Shown: one piece after another, positions 16,882 to 26,492 of the stretch
Layout: each line of letters starts with the position of its first letter
Position numbering within the stretch: position 1 is the first letter of the stretch
Source of the DNA: a virus
Taxonomy: Duplodnaviria > Caudoviricetes
DNA length: 53,374 bases
Virus record (IMG/VR): IMGVR_UViG_3300034994_000033
Coordinates: 1 to 53,374 of that record
Reading direction: 5' to 3' (one strand)
The notes under the pieces: generated by a model
Told to the model about the DNA's origin: nothing
The model's input: only the letters and a program-made list of their open reading frames with translations
The model's database searches: none
Program-made: the position numbers and the translations under genes

Positions 16882-17547
16882 ATGGCAACGCTGGCGTCGG
16901 AAGTTATCAATAAAGCCCGCATCGATCTTGTGGATGTGATAGTCACCCCGGCCACAGATGGCGTGCGCTGGCTGAATGCCGATATGCTCGGCTATCTGAA
17001 CGAGGCTCAGGTGATGGTGGTACTGCTCAAACCTGCCGCTTCGATCGTCACTGCCGATGTCGCCCTGGTAGCGGGATACCGGCAGGCGCTGCCGTCCGGC
17101 GGCTTGTCGGCGGTGCGCTTTGGCGGTAATGTGCCTGGCGGTACGGTGCCGGCAAAGAGTACTCCGGAGGTGATGGACGGCATAATGCCGGGTTGGCGGG
17201 GATATGCCGCCGCCGCAAAAGTTTCTTACGTGCTCTATTCCGCCGCCGAACCTAAAATTTTCATGACCTACCCTCCCCAGCCGGCTTCAACAGCGCAGAA
17301 GCTGGAAGTAGTGTATGTTGCCCTGCCCGCGACCATAAGCGCAATCAGCAGCGCCATCACCCTGGCCGACGAGTACGTCCCGGCGCTGATCGACTATCTG
17401 CTGTACCGCGCCTTCGCCAAGGACAGCGAAATTCCTGATTCCCTGGCCAGATCACAGGCGGCGCTGGGGGGGTTTGCGGCAAAGATTGGCGTTCCGGCGG
17501 CTCAGGTGGCAAAGAGAAGATCAGAAGCTCCGGCGGCACCACAATGA
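16882..17547 (+). CDS. Head-tail adaptor-like protein (second)
   Basis: RWLNADMLGYLNEAQ, YPP, ALIDYLLYRAFAKDSE motifs. Confidence 0.75.
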   Translation: MATLASEVINKARIDLVDVIVTPATDGVRWLNADMLGYLNEAQVMVVLLKPAASIVTADVALVAGYRQALPSGGLSAVRFGGNVPGGTVPAKSTPEVMDGIMPGWRGYAAAAKVSYVLYSAAEPKIFMTYPPQPASTAQKLEVVYVALPATISAISSAITLADEYVPALIDYLLYRAFAKDSEIPDSLARSQAALGGFAAKIGVPAAQVAKRRSEAPAAPQ

Positions 17548-19139
17548 TAATACGCCTGAATCAGTTCAGCGGCCTCGCCCCCCGGATCGCGCCGGTAAAC
17601 CTGCCGCAACCAGCCGCGCAGGTGGCGGCCAACTGTCTGCTCGGTTCGGGCTCGCTGCGGCCTTTGGTCAGTGAGGGGGCCGTTACGGTAACCGATTCGC
17701 TGGTGTCGGGGACAAAACAATCAATCTTCAGATATACCGGTGACCGGTGGCTGGCCTGGATCACCGACGTCAATGTCTGCCGCAGCGCCGTGGCGCTGGA
17801 CGCCTTCGACCGGCTCTATTGGACCGGGGATGGCGTGCCGAAGATGGGGGACAATACCAGGATACTCAGCGGGACGTCGAAACCTGGCGGATCATGGGAC
17901 TTAGGTATACCCAAGCCTGCCGCGGCGCCGACGCTATCCAGGAGCGGCACGGCTGGGCCTCCGGTGGATGATGTGACCTATGCCTGCGTCTACACCTATG
18001 TATCGTCATTCGGCGAAGAGGGGCCACCTTCCGAGCCGTCGGCGCTGCTGGCAATAACGCCGGGTAATACCCTGACCGTGGCGAGCATGAGTGTCGCGCC
18101 CGGCGGTAGCCACACTATCGTCAGTAAGAATATCTATCTGGCAAATACCGGTTCCAGCGCGTCCGAGTATCAATATTATGGTTCCGTAGCAGTGGCGACG
18201 ACTTCAAATGCCGCCGTGCCGGTATTAACTGCCCTGGGTGAAGTGCTTCCCTCTAAAACCTGGGTCGCGCCGAATGCAGCGATGATTGATCTAATATCTC
18301 ACCCCGGCGGGTTCATGGTCGGGCATTACAAAAATGTTCTCTGCCCTTCTGAGCCGTATCTTCCCCATGCTTACCCTCCGGAATACCAAATTACCGTTGA
18401 TGCTGAAATCGTAGCTAAGGGAGCCTACGGCAACAGTATCCTGGTCACGACCAAGGGCATGCCTTATGTGGTCACCGGGGCAATTCCTGGGCAGTTGAGC
18501 GTGGAGAAGTTGGAGAAGGGTGAGGCGTGTCTGTTGAAACGCGGCTTTGTCGACATGGGTTATGCCTGCATGTATCCCGGTCCCTCCGGGTTGTGGCTGG
18601 TGGGGACCGGTGCGGTTGAACTGGCGACGGCAAGCCTGATGACCAAAAAGGAGTGGAAGCCGTATTCAGACGCGCTGGTCTTTGCGGTGCAGTATGAATC
18701 GCTCTATATCGGCTTCATGACGTCAGGCGGGTTTATCTTCGATACGGCTACCGGCGACTTTTCAACGCACGATATTACCGCCACGGCCGGCTGGTACGAG
18801 CGGGAGACCGGCAGGCTGTACCTGGTTGTCGCCGGGGTGATTGTCGAATGGGCGGCCGGATCCGGAGCTCACAGCCTGGTATGGAAGTCGAAGAAGTTTC
18901 AGGTGCCCTCCCCTATCAATTTCGGCGCCGCACAGGTGTTTGCCGCCGGTCCGGTCACCGTGAAGGTCTACGCCGATGGAGTGTTAAAGCATACCCAGGC
19001 ACAAGGTTCAACGAGCTCAACCCCTTTCCGGCTCCCATCCGGTTTCAGAGCCACCAACTGGGAAGTCCAGATCGAGGGACCGGTTGAAGTCACATCGTTG
19101 TTGATCGCATCAACCATCTCAGAATTAGCGCAGGTATAA
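17544..19139 (+). CDS. Tail nozzle/stabilisation protein
   Basis: FSGLAPR start, YTYVSSFGEEGPPSEPS, SEPYLPHAYP, WKSKKF, FRLPSG motifs. Confidence 0.8.
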   Translation: MIIRLNQFSGLAPRIAPVNLPQPAAQVAANCLLGSGSLRPLVSEGAVTVTDSLVSGTKQSIFRYTGDRWLAWITDVNVCRSAVALDAFDRLYWTGDGVPKMGDNTRILSGTSKPGGSWDLGIPKPAAAPTLSRSGTAGPPVDDVTYACVYTYVSSFGEEGPPSEPSALLAITPGNTLTVASMSVAPGGSHTIVSKNIYLANTGSSASEYQYYGSVAVATTSNAAVPVLTALGEVLPSKTWVAPNAAMIDLISHPGGFMVGHYKNVLCPSEPYLPHAYPPEYQITVDAEIVAKGAYGNSILVTTKGMPYVVTGAIPGQLSVEKLEKGEACLLKRGFVDMGYACMYPGPSGLWLVGTGAVELATASLMTKKEWKPYSDALVFAVQYESLYIGFMTSGGFIFDTATGDFSTHDITATAGWYERETGRLYLVVAGVIVEWAAGSGAHSLVWKSKKFQVPSPINFGAAQVFAAGPVTVKVYADGVLKHTQAQGSTSSTPFRLPSGFRATNWEVQIEGPVEVTSLLIASTISELAQV

Positions 19140-19149
19140 GGAGAGAGTC

Positions 19150-22100
19150 ATGTCGGTATCACCAAGCGCAACAGTAAAGATACTCACCAATGTTGGCGAT
19201 CCGCTCATGTCGTCTGACGGGACTCCCCTTGCCGGAGCCACGTTGACATTTCAGTTGGTTGATTTTCAGCGCAAAAAAGTGGTCTCGGTTTTTGATGTGG
19301 TTAGCGGGGAGTTGGTGTCTTCACTGCCGATAACGGCAATCACCAATGCGGCCGGAGAGATCAAAAACGCCGCAGGCACCGCTGACATTGCCTTGTGGCC
19401 CAACAGCCGGGGGGATGTTCCCACCTGTTACAAAGTAACTTGCAGCGACCCCGCTATCCAAAAAATATACATCATCGTTGATGAAGCTGTCGATACCACA
19501 TTGTTATCTGCAAAGCTGGCCTACGAAATCGGAGAAGGCGCAATCAGTCTGCCGGATATGCCTACCTCCCCGTTGCTTGACATCGCAATAGCCGCAACGG
19601 CAGGGGACAGGGTGCAGACCGGACTTGATCGGGTGCAAACCGCCCTCGACAGAGTAGCGACCGGTCAGGACAAAACCGCAACTGCGGCAGATCGGGTGCA
19701 AACCGCCCTCGACAGAGTAGCGACCGGTCAGGACAAAACCGCAACTGCGGCAGATCGGGTGCAAACCGCCCTCGACAGAACAAGCACCACCGAATCAGCT
19801 TCAGCTTCCGCTGCCAGTGCCGCCCTGGTGCAGCCACAACTCACAGCCTTTGGTGACAGGGTTGACGCTGTTGAAGTCGGGCAATCTGCTGCTGTCATCG
19901 GCTATGCTACGCAAGCTGCACTGTATGCCGACCTTGTCCCTGATGATAAATCGGTTGCCTATGTCACCAACGACGCAACCTCCGCCAACAACGGCACTTA
20001 TCGCAAAAGCGGTGCTACCGGCATTGGCGCTTGGGTACAAAGCAGCTTCGACCGGGTAGCGCTTGTAGAAGGCCGTGCCGCCACCCTTGAAAGCGGTGTT
20101 TCAGCCTTGGCGACGATAGGTCAGGACGTTTCAATCACCGTTAACATGACCGCCAAAACCATCACCGGCGGCGGGGGTCCCGTTTTTTACAAGGGAGGCT
20201 ACACGGTCATCCCATTGGCACAAAATGTCGCCTTCGCCTATACAAATCCCCCGGGATATGCAATGTTTTTGTACGCCGACAAAATCACCGGCGTGCTGGG
20301 TATAGCCGCTGATGCCGCACGTCCCCCAGTCGGTTCGGTCTTACTGGGTTTTATTTACGCGCAAAAAATCTACGCAAACGACCCTACCGGACAGATAAGG
20401 GTCATCCCCACCAGCTACGGAGTTGTAGGCGGTTTTGGTGAGCGGTGGGGCACCTATACCGGCAACATTGGCGGCCTCACTATCAATCAGCAGTCCAAGA
20501 CGATCACCACCGATTCCACGGGCGGAGCGCTGGTGCACAAGGGCGGGCTGGTAACCATCCCAGGCGGCCAGAACGTGTCCTACATTTTTGCCACCTCTAC
20601 CAATACGGGGTATTTGTTCGCTCACCCGGTCACCGGGGATCTTAATATGACCGACCTGGGGGCGCTGCCGCCGGTCGGGTTCCCGGTTATTGGCATGGTC
20701 AAAGGAGAACAGTTCTACTCCATTTCCCCTAGCCGTTTTATTAAATATATCAACGCAGGTGGGACGCTCCTGAGAGTGGACGGCCTGTCCCAGTGGCGGG
20801 ATCTGTTTGGCATGGTTGGGTCTGACGTGGATCTAACAATAAATCTGGCGGCAAAGACCGTCACGACATCTGCCGGTGGGGGGTTAATCCTCTCACAGGA
20901 AGGGTATGTTTCGCTGGCCGGTTCGCAGAACGTCAGTTTCACCCATACCAGCGCCAACTATCTGCTTTACGTTTACGCCGACAAAACTACTGGCATACTG
21001 GCCGCAATTCAGGCACCGGGTACTCCGCCGGTAAACTCGGTTTTGATTGCCATGAGCTACAGTCAAAAATTATATGCCAATGACCCTTACGGTAAAATAA
21101 CACTGCGTAACGCAGCCGGGGTTGCCCTCCCGTTTGGTCCCCCTGATGCACTTGGCATCATCAGCAAGGACGTTGGCGTCACGATCAATCTGGCGACAAA
21201 ACTGGTTACCACGGTCAGTACCACTAATGCGGCAGTATTCTTTAAAGACGGCTACGTCTATGTCCCCTCCGCACAGAGTGTAAGTTTTGCACAGACGTTG
21301 CCTACATATCTGCTCTATGTGTATATCGACAAAACCACGGGTGTTGTCGCCGCCGTCCAGTTGACCCCAACGTTCCCAGCCAACTCGGTATGTATCGCCA
21401 TTATTTACGGGCAGCAAATCTACGCCAATGATCCATATAAAAGAATATCTCTGTATGACGGTAGCGGGGACCTAGTTACATCGTTGGCGGGAGGACTGGC
21501 CCCCTTCAACGAATTAGCACACCGGCTGATCCTGCCTGATGCCATTTATTTTCTCCCCAACACGCCACTGGCGCTATTCAAGGCGCCTTGCTTCTCAGCC
21601 TATCAGTTCAGTCTGATGAGTCAGTTACGGCTCTGGTTGGACACCAAAGGATCAACAATTTCATCCCGCTTCCAATCGGTTGATGAAGTGTTACGACTCG
21701 ACCCCGCACAACTCGGCAGTACTTTCGAACTCGGGTTCAGACACGAATCCCAGCCGGACGTGCGCTACATCAAGCCGATTGTGAAGAATGTATCTGCCGA
21801 GGGGGCGCTGACTGGCCGAAACCTCAAGATGCTGGTGATTGGTGACTCGCTAACCGAAGGTCTGATGGCGGATGCCATCCAGGCCAATCTAAACGTCCAG
21901 GGCGCTACAGTGACTCCAGTAGGAACATATTTTGCTGCATCAACAAACTACCTACGGGGGGAAGGTCGTGGATTTTGGAACTACCGTTCTTTTATCGGCA
22001 AAGACAATTATAGTACCGGGATCGGAGCCCACACCCGCAGCAGCGGTGGTAAAACCGATACCACTAAATTCGAAAATCCGTTCCTCAAGCTGGCTGACGC

Positions 22101-22704
22101 AACAGATAAGTCCGAACGCCCCGACTGGTGCTTCCGGTTTACCGGGGTAGATCGCGAACTGTCATACACAGCAGATACAGATAAGACCGGGAATTTTTAC
22201 ATCTTTGATTTTGCCTGGTACCTGGCGCAGCATAGCGTTGACACGCCGGAATTCATCACTATCGCGCTGTCAACCAACGATATCAACCTAGATACGGGCG
22301 TCTACTCTAAAGCGGAGCGGCTCCAATACATGCGCCTCGGTCTGGAGATCATGGTTAAACAGATCAAAACAGCTTTACCTAACGTTGTCATCGGGGTCAT
22401 CCCCGCTCCAGCCTGGTCGAGTACAACAACCGGTGACCCGCGCTGGCAAGACGAAACGGCGGCGTGGATTGAAAACTGCATGTCTGATGTTCGCGCCCTG
22501 GCGGTGACCTATACCAAGCTCTATGTAGTACCGGTATGGCCTTTCATGTCCGAGGATTTCGCCTATCCGTATGTCACCGAGACCGACCTGTCGGCGGTCA
22601 ATAAAACCCAGAAAAAAACGATCGCCGATTGGGTGCATTTCGACGCGGCCGGGCGGGCGCAATATGCGGAGATAGTTGGAGCGTGGGTGGCTAACGTGGT
22701 GTAA
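19150..22704 (+). CDS. Tail fibre/spike with four internal beta-rich repeats and a C-terminal SGNH esterase domain
   Basis: Coiled-coil repeats; four ~115-aa repeats; VIGDSLT, ALSTND and DWVH SGNH blocks. Confidence 0.85.
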   Translation: MSVSPSATVKILTNVGDPLMSSDGTPLAGATLTFQLVDFQRKKVVSVFDVVSGELVSSLPITAITNAAGEIKNAAGTADIALWPNSRGDVPTCYKVTCSDPAIQKIYIIVDEAVDTTLLSAKLAYEIGEGAISLPDMPTSPLLDIAIAATAGDRVQTGLDRVQTALDRVATGQDKTATAADRVQTALDRVATGQDKTATAADRVQTALDRTSTTESASASAASAALVQPQLTAFGDRVDAVEVGQSAAVIGYATQAALYADLVPDDKSVAYVTNDATSANNGTYRKSGATGIGAWVQSSFDRVALVEGRAATLESGVSALATIGQDVSITVNMTAKTITGGGGPVFYKGGYTVIPLAQNVAFAYTNPPGYAMFLYADKITGVLGIAADAARPPVGSVLLGFIYAQKIYANDPTGQIRVIPTSYGVVGGFGERWGTYTGNIGGLTINQQSKTITTDSTGGALVHKGGLVTIPGGQNVSYIFATSTNTGYLFAHPVTGDLNMTDLGALPPVGFPVIGMVKGEQFYSISPSRFIKYINAGGTLLRVDGLSQWRDLFGMVGSDVDLTINLAAKTVTTSAGGGLILSQEGYVSLAGSQNVSFTHTSANYLLYVYADKTTGILAAIQAPGTPPVNSVLIAMSYSQKLYANDPYGKITLRNAAGVALPFGPPDALGIISKDVGVTINLATKLVTTVSTTNAAVFFKDGYVYVPSAQSVSFAQTLPTYLLYVYIDKTTGVVAAVQLTPTFPANSVCIAIIYGQQIYANDPYKRISLYDGSGDLVTSLAGGLAPFNELAHRLILPDAIYFLPNTPLALFKAPCFSAYQFSLMSQLRLWLDTKGSTISSRFQSVDEVLRLDPAQLGSTFELGFRHESQPDVRYIKPIVKNVSAEGALTGRNLKMLVIGDSLTEGLMADAIQANLNVQGATVTPVGTYFAASTNYLRGEGRGFWNYRSFIGKDNYSTGIGAHTRSSGGKTDTTKFENPFLKLADATDKSERPDWCFRFTGVDRELSYTADTDKTGNFYIFDFAWYLAQHSVDTPEFITIALSTNDINLDTGVYSKAERLQYMRLGLEIMVKQIKTALPNVVIGVIPAPAWSSTTTGDPRWQDETAAWIENCMSDVRALAVTYTKLYVVPVWPFMSEDFAYPYVTETDLSAVNKTQKKTIADWVHFDAAGRAQYAEIVGAWVANVV
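19627..19779 (+). repeat. 63-bp perfect tandem repeat (2.4 copies) in the tail fibre stalk
   Basis: Units start at 19627, 19690 and 19753; encodes DRVQTALDRVATGQDKTATAA. Confidence 0.95.
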
Positions 22705-22753
22705 ATGATGCCAGTCTTGATCAATATCATGCGCTTCTCTCTGTGAGGATATA

Positions 22754-23995
22754 ATGCCAATCCAACTACCAAACATCCCAGCGCTGTCATCAAAAGTCGA
22801 TAGCGAAGTCAGACGCGCTTTCGACTCTCTCAAGGGGTGGATCAACAAGATTGGCGCCGATGGCGGCATGGTCACTACGGGCTCACTGCCTGTTGACCTG
22901 GCAACCCTTCCCGGCACCTCACCCCTGTTTGACGGCACGATCCCGCCGCAGATACAAAATCTTGTTGCCACCGGTGCTTTCCGCATGATCATGCTGGCGT
23001 GGGATGATCCACGCTACACAAATCTCTCCTATGTCGAAGTCTGGCGGCACACCGCCAACGACCTCGGCGCTGCCCAAATGGTCGGAACGGCCATCTCCGC
23101 CATGTATGCCGATGTTCCGCCCAATGCCTCGCTGTCAGTCACCTATTACTATTGGGGAAGAATCGTCAGCAGTGCGGGGGTCAAAGGGCCGTTCAATGCC
23201 ACGTCCGGCACATCCGGCGCTACCGCCAACGATCCAGCGTACATGATCGACCTGTTGTCAAAGTCCCTTGATACCGTGACCCCGACGATCAATGCGATCG
23301 ATCTGGTTTTTGCCGTCGAACGCTTTGCTCTGAGGATGGCCGGCTCCGACCCTGCAGATCCGGGCGAATACCCGTTTATTGTCGCAGAGATTCCGGGTGC
23401 GTCGGGGACTTACGGCGTGTTTATGGATACGGCGTTTATCAAGGCGGCCACGATAACCAATGCCATGATTTACAGCCTGGCTACCGATAAGCTCGTCGCG
23501 GGCACGGCACTGATAGGTTCCGCGCTGATTGCAGACGCAGCGATCACCACGGCAAAAATAGGTGATGCCCAGATTACCACCGCCAAATTGGGTACGGTTT
23601 CCATCGGTACGGCGCAGATAGCTGATGCCGCGATTACCACTGCCAAGATCGGTGACGCCCAGGTCAACACGTTGAAGATCGGGACCAACGCGGTTACCGT
23701 GCCGCTACACGTCGAGACGGTTGCATTCAACACGCCGGTCACTTCACCGAGCTTCACATTCTCTACAACAGAAACTCTGCCATCAGTCGTTATGTTGACT
23801 GTGACGTGTTGGGATACATACGCGGCCACTGCATCGGTATTGCTGGATGATGTCAGCATCTACAGCTGGATTGCGGAAGTGGGAGCAGTCACCATGCAGT
23901 TAAAACTGGATATCGGTCCGGGGTCCCACACGATAACAGCACAAGGCACGGGGTACACCCTGGTATCCGTAACGCTATTGGGGTGCAAGCGATGA
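22754..23995 (+). CDS. Second tail fibre/host-specificity protein
   Basis: FN3-like LAWD..YVEVWR..YYYWGR domain; [15 protein letters not shown] repeats. Confidence 0.8.
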   Translation: MPIQLPNIPALSSKVDSEVRRAFDSLKGWINKIGADGGMVTTGSLPVDLATLPGTSPLFDGTIPPQIQNLVATGAFRMIMLAWDDPRYTNLSYVEVWRHTANDLGAAQMVGTAISAMYADVPPNASLSVTYYYWGRIVSSAGVKGPFNATSGTSGATANDPAYMIDLLSKSLDTVTPTINAIDLVFAVERFALRMAGSDPADPGEYPFIVAEIPGASGTYGVFMDTAFIKAATITNAMIYSLATDKLVAGTALIGSALIADAAITTAKIGDAQITTAKLGTVSIGTAQIADAAITTAKIGDAQVNTLKIGTNAVTVPLHVETVAFNTPVTSPSFTFSTTETLPSVVMLTVTCWDTYAATASVLLDDVSIYSWIAEVGAVTMQLKLDIGPGSHTITAQGTGYTLVSVTLLGCKR

Positions 23996-24351
23996 GAAAC
24001 TATGTGACATACGATATAAACACCGGATTGATCACGGGTGCCGGATACGGGCAAGATCCAATTGAAAGCGCAACCGGTATTCTAGTTACCGATGATTTTA
24101 TAAAAGGTCTGCATACTCATATTGTTGACGGGGTATTGGTGGCAAACGTCGCAATCCAGACAGAGCGCAAGAGGATTGAAGTTAGATATCAACGCAACCT
24201 CTTGCTGGCGGCCTGCGATTGGACGCAGGCCGTAGACACTGTTTTGACCGAATCGAAAAAAGCAGAGTGGGCAGCATACCGGCAAGCCCTCCGCGATTTT
24301 CCGGAGACCTGCAATCCGTCGGATCCCGTCTGGCCGGTGCCGCCGAATTAG
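23992..24351 (+). CDS. Tail fibre assembly chaperone
   Basis: [13 protein letters not shown]...[12 protein letters not shown]...WPVPP. Confidence 0.85.
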   Translation: MRNYVTYDINTGLITGAGYGQDPIESATGILVTDDFIKGLHTHIVDGVLVANVAIQTERKRIEVRYQRNLLLAACDWTQAVDTVLTESKKAEWAAYRQALRDFPETCNPSDPVWPVPPN

Positions 24352-24363
24352 ATTGAATATTCA

Positions 24364-24394
24364 TTTATGTTGCGGTATGCGTTCAATATCATAG
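24364..24394 (+). promoter_or_regulatory. Late-promoter motif copy 2
   Basis: TTTATGTTGCGGTATGCGTTCAATATCATAG before the ejection module. Confidence 0.65.
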
Positions 24395-24415
24395 TGGACA
24401 GGTGGATACACCGCA

Positions 24416-24823
24416 ATGAGCGACAGCGTCAGAAAACTATATCTTGAAATAACAGAGTTCCTGTCCACGTCCGGAGGCTCGTATACGTCAATCGATACAA
24501 GCACCTACCGGGATATCATCGATGCCATATTGGACGAACGTTACCGGGTTGTTAGAGATGATTCAGGCCGCATTACCAGTGTCACTACCTGGTGGATGAT
24601 ACATGAAACAGATATAGAGCTGGTTAAAAACGGCGGCCGGCCGAAGGATCTGTCTTCCGGCGCCGTCGTGTACATATCGGATCATGCCGGCTGCGGGGGA
24701 TATCCGGGATTGATCCGCTTTATCCGGTCAAATATCTGCAAAAGGGGAGCCTGCTGGCACCATAGATATAAACACCCGGCATTATTCAGGTACTATCCGC
24801 AGAAAAGAGGTGCACATGCGTAG
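24416..24823 (+). CDS. GNAT-fold acyltransferase-like protein resembling HlyC/TAAT
   Basis: By-eye alignment of DAILDERYRVVRDD..TTWWMI..DLSSGAVVYISDHAGCGG..LIRFIR with the recalled HlyC core. Confidence 0.5.
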   Translation: MSDSVRKLYLEITEFLSTSGGSYTSIDTSTYRDIIDAILDERYRVVRDDSGRITSVTTWWMIHETDIELVKNGGRPKDLSSGAVVYISDHAGCGGYPGLIRFIRSNICKRGACWHHRYKHPALFRYYPQKRGAHA

Positions 24824-25409
24824 CGTATTTAGAGCCTGGCAGACCATGGATAGAATCGCTGGTCGGAGTAAATGTTTTAAGGGCGGGCCAAACCCGGACG
24901 ATTTCAATAAACCGACTATAGTCGAGGCGGCACAGACCCAGATAGCGGTGCGCAATTATAACGAGTATCTGAAGGATAAGCCGGTCATCGCCGCCTATCT
25001 GGACGATATCAGTCGCGATCCTGCGGAGACGGCGGCGGTAATCCAGGGGCAGGCGGGGGCAGATCTGGCGCAGAAGAGCGCCTTTGTGCCCGACAATCCG
25101 AACGCCGGCATGTCTCCGGATGGCCTGGTCAAGTCAGCGACGCTGCGCTCGAAGGTAATGAGCGAATTGGGCCAGGATGCGGTGGCGCAGCAGGCGGCGG
25201 CCAAGAAGGGCTATGTCGAAAACGCCATGGGCTTGCAGACCAGCGTCAACACGGCGCAGCAGGGCATGGCCCGTGATGCGGTGGAGCGCAATATTACCGA
25301 CGCACAGGCGGGCTACCAGGCCAATGCGTCTACCATGGGGGCGGTTGCTTCACTGGCCGGTGCCGGCGCAGGCATGGCGTATACCAACGCGGTAGCTAAA
25401 AAGAAATAG
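24810..25409 (+). CDS. Internal virion/ejection protein
   Basis: CFKGG near the N-terminus, Ala/Gln-rich helices, Gly-zipper C-terminus; exact start uncertain. Confidence 0.7.
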   Translation: MHMRSVFRAWQTMDRIAGRSKCFKGGPNPDDFNKPTIVEAAQTQIAVRNYNEYLKDKPVIAAYLDDISRDPAETAAVIQGQAGADLAQKSAFVPDNPNAGMSPDGLVKSATLRSKVMSELGQDAVAQQAAAKKGYVENAMGLQTSVNTAQQGMARDAVERNITDAQAGYQANASTMGAVASLAGAGAGMAYTNAVAKKK

Positions 25410-25415
25410 AGGTGT

Positions 25416-25937
25416 GTGATGGCAGAGCAACCGGCCGGATATGTTAATCGTAATTCCCTTTATCAGCAGTCGCCCGGGTCCGTAGCTAATGCGGCGCAGG
25501 ACGTAGCTAATGCGTCGCCCGGAGGAGTGCCGGGGCAATTAAGCGAAGTGGGCGCATGGCTCGACCCCCGCGGTACGATGGCAAACGTTCTCCTCGGGAT
25601 GTCGGATGACTTCTTTGCCACCGCCGTACCGGTCAAGAACGATCTGCTGGCAATGACCACCTATAACGGCAACAAAGGCGTTGTTGATGACTTGAAGTCT
25701 CAGGGGATGGCGGCGGCGAACCAGTCGTTTGACAATATCCAGGGGCAGGCGGGCCGCAACACGGCGCGCTATGGCATGCAGCTGACCGCGGAACAAGCCG
25801 GGGCACAGCAGAGCGCCCTGACGAGCGGCCGGGCGCTGGCCGGGGTTGATGCTGCCAACCGAGCGACAATGTTCCAGAACGATCTGAACAAACAACTGGT
25901 GTCCGGTATGGGCAGTCCTGCCGGGATCACGAAATAA
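25416..25937 (+). CDS. Internal virion/ejection protein
   Basis: Ala/Gln/Gly-rich, RNTARYGM motif; position. Confidence 0.7.
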   Translation: MMAEQPAGYVNRNSLYQQSPGSVANAAQDVANASPGGVPGQLSEVGAWLDPRGTMANVLLGMSDDFFATAVPVKNDLLAMTTYNGNKGVVDDLKSQGMAAANQSFDNIQGQAGRNTARYGMQLTAEQAGAQQSALTSGRALAGVDAANRATMFQNDLNKQLVSGMGSPAGITK

Positions 25938-25940
25938 TGC

Positions 25941-26000
25941 TGGATTTTGGATTTTAAATTTTGAATTTAATTCAACATCAAACATTCAGAATTTACAATT
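25941..26000. repeat. AT-rich heptamer repeat forming an imperfect palindrome
   Basis: GGATTTT GGATTTT AAATTTT GAATTTA followed by ATTCAAC ATCAAAC ATTCAGA ATTTACA. Confidence 0.6.
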
Positions 26001-26018
26001 GTCTCCAGGGGGTGTGTC

Positions 26019-26483
26019 ATGGCTAGTTTGATGGGGATGAATCGCTATTTTGCCGATGAAGGTTTAAAGGGGCTGGGTAGTGCCGCCGCTCTGCAGACGA
26101 CTCGTGAAAATACCAAAACGCAATTGGAAGCGGCGCATGACGCCACGGTTAAAGGCACAACGGCAAGCATGGCCGGGAGTGGTGCGATGCTGGGGTATGC
26201 GGCCGCGCCGACGGTGGCCGGGATGATGGCGCCGGCGGCAACAGGTGCGGCAGGCGCGGGTGCAGGAGCAGGTGCAGGAGCAGGTGCAGGAGCAGGGGCT
26301 GCTGCTGGAGCTGGGGCAAGTGCGGGTGCGGGCGCTGCTGCTGGTGCGGCCGGTGCTGGTGCAGGGGCAGGCGCCGGGGCAACAGCAGGCGCGGAGGCTG
26401 GATCGATGGCTGGTCCGGTCGGGGCTGTTGCCGGGCTCGCTATCGGTGCGCTGGCTGGTTGGCTGTTTTCCGAATTCGGTTAA
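26019..26483 (+). CDS. Gly/Ala-repeat membrane-inserting ejection protein
   Basis: Long (GA)n tract between two hydrophobic glycine-zipper segments. Confidence 0.7.
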   Translation: MASLMGMNRYFADEGLKGLGSAAALQTTRENTKTQLEAAHDATVKGTTASMAGSGAMLGYAAAPTVAGMMAPAATGAAGAGAGAGAGAGAGAGAAAGAGASAGAGAAAGAAGAGAGAGAGATAGAEAGSMAGPVGAVAGLAIGALAGWLFSEFG

Positions 26484-26492
26484 AGGGGTGAT

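Noticed and set aside
19150-24351. Diversity-generating retroelement or invertase-based tail fibre switching
   Set aside because: No reverse transcriptase, TR/VR pair or invertase found.
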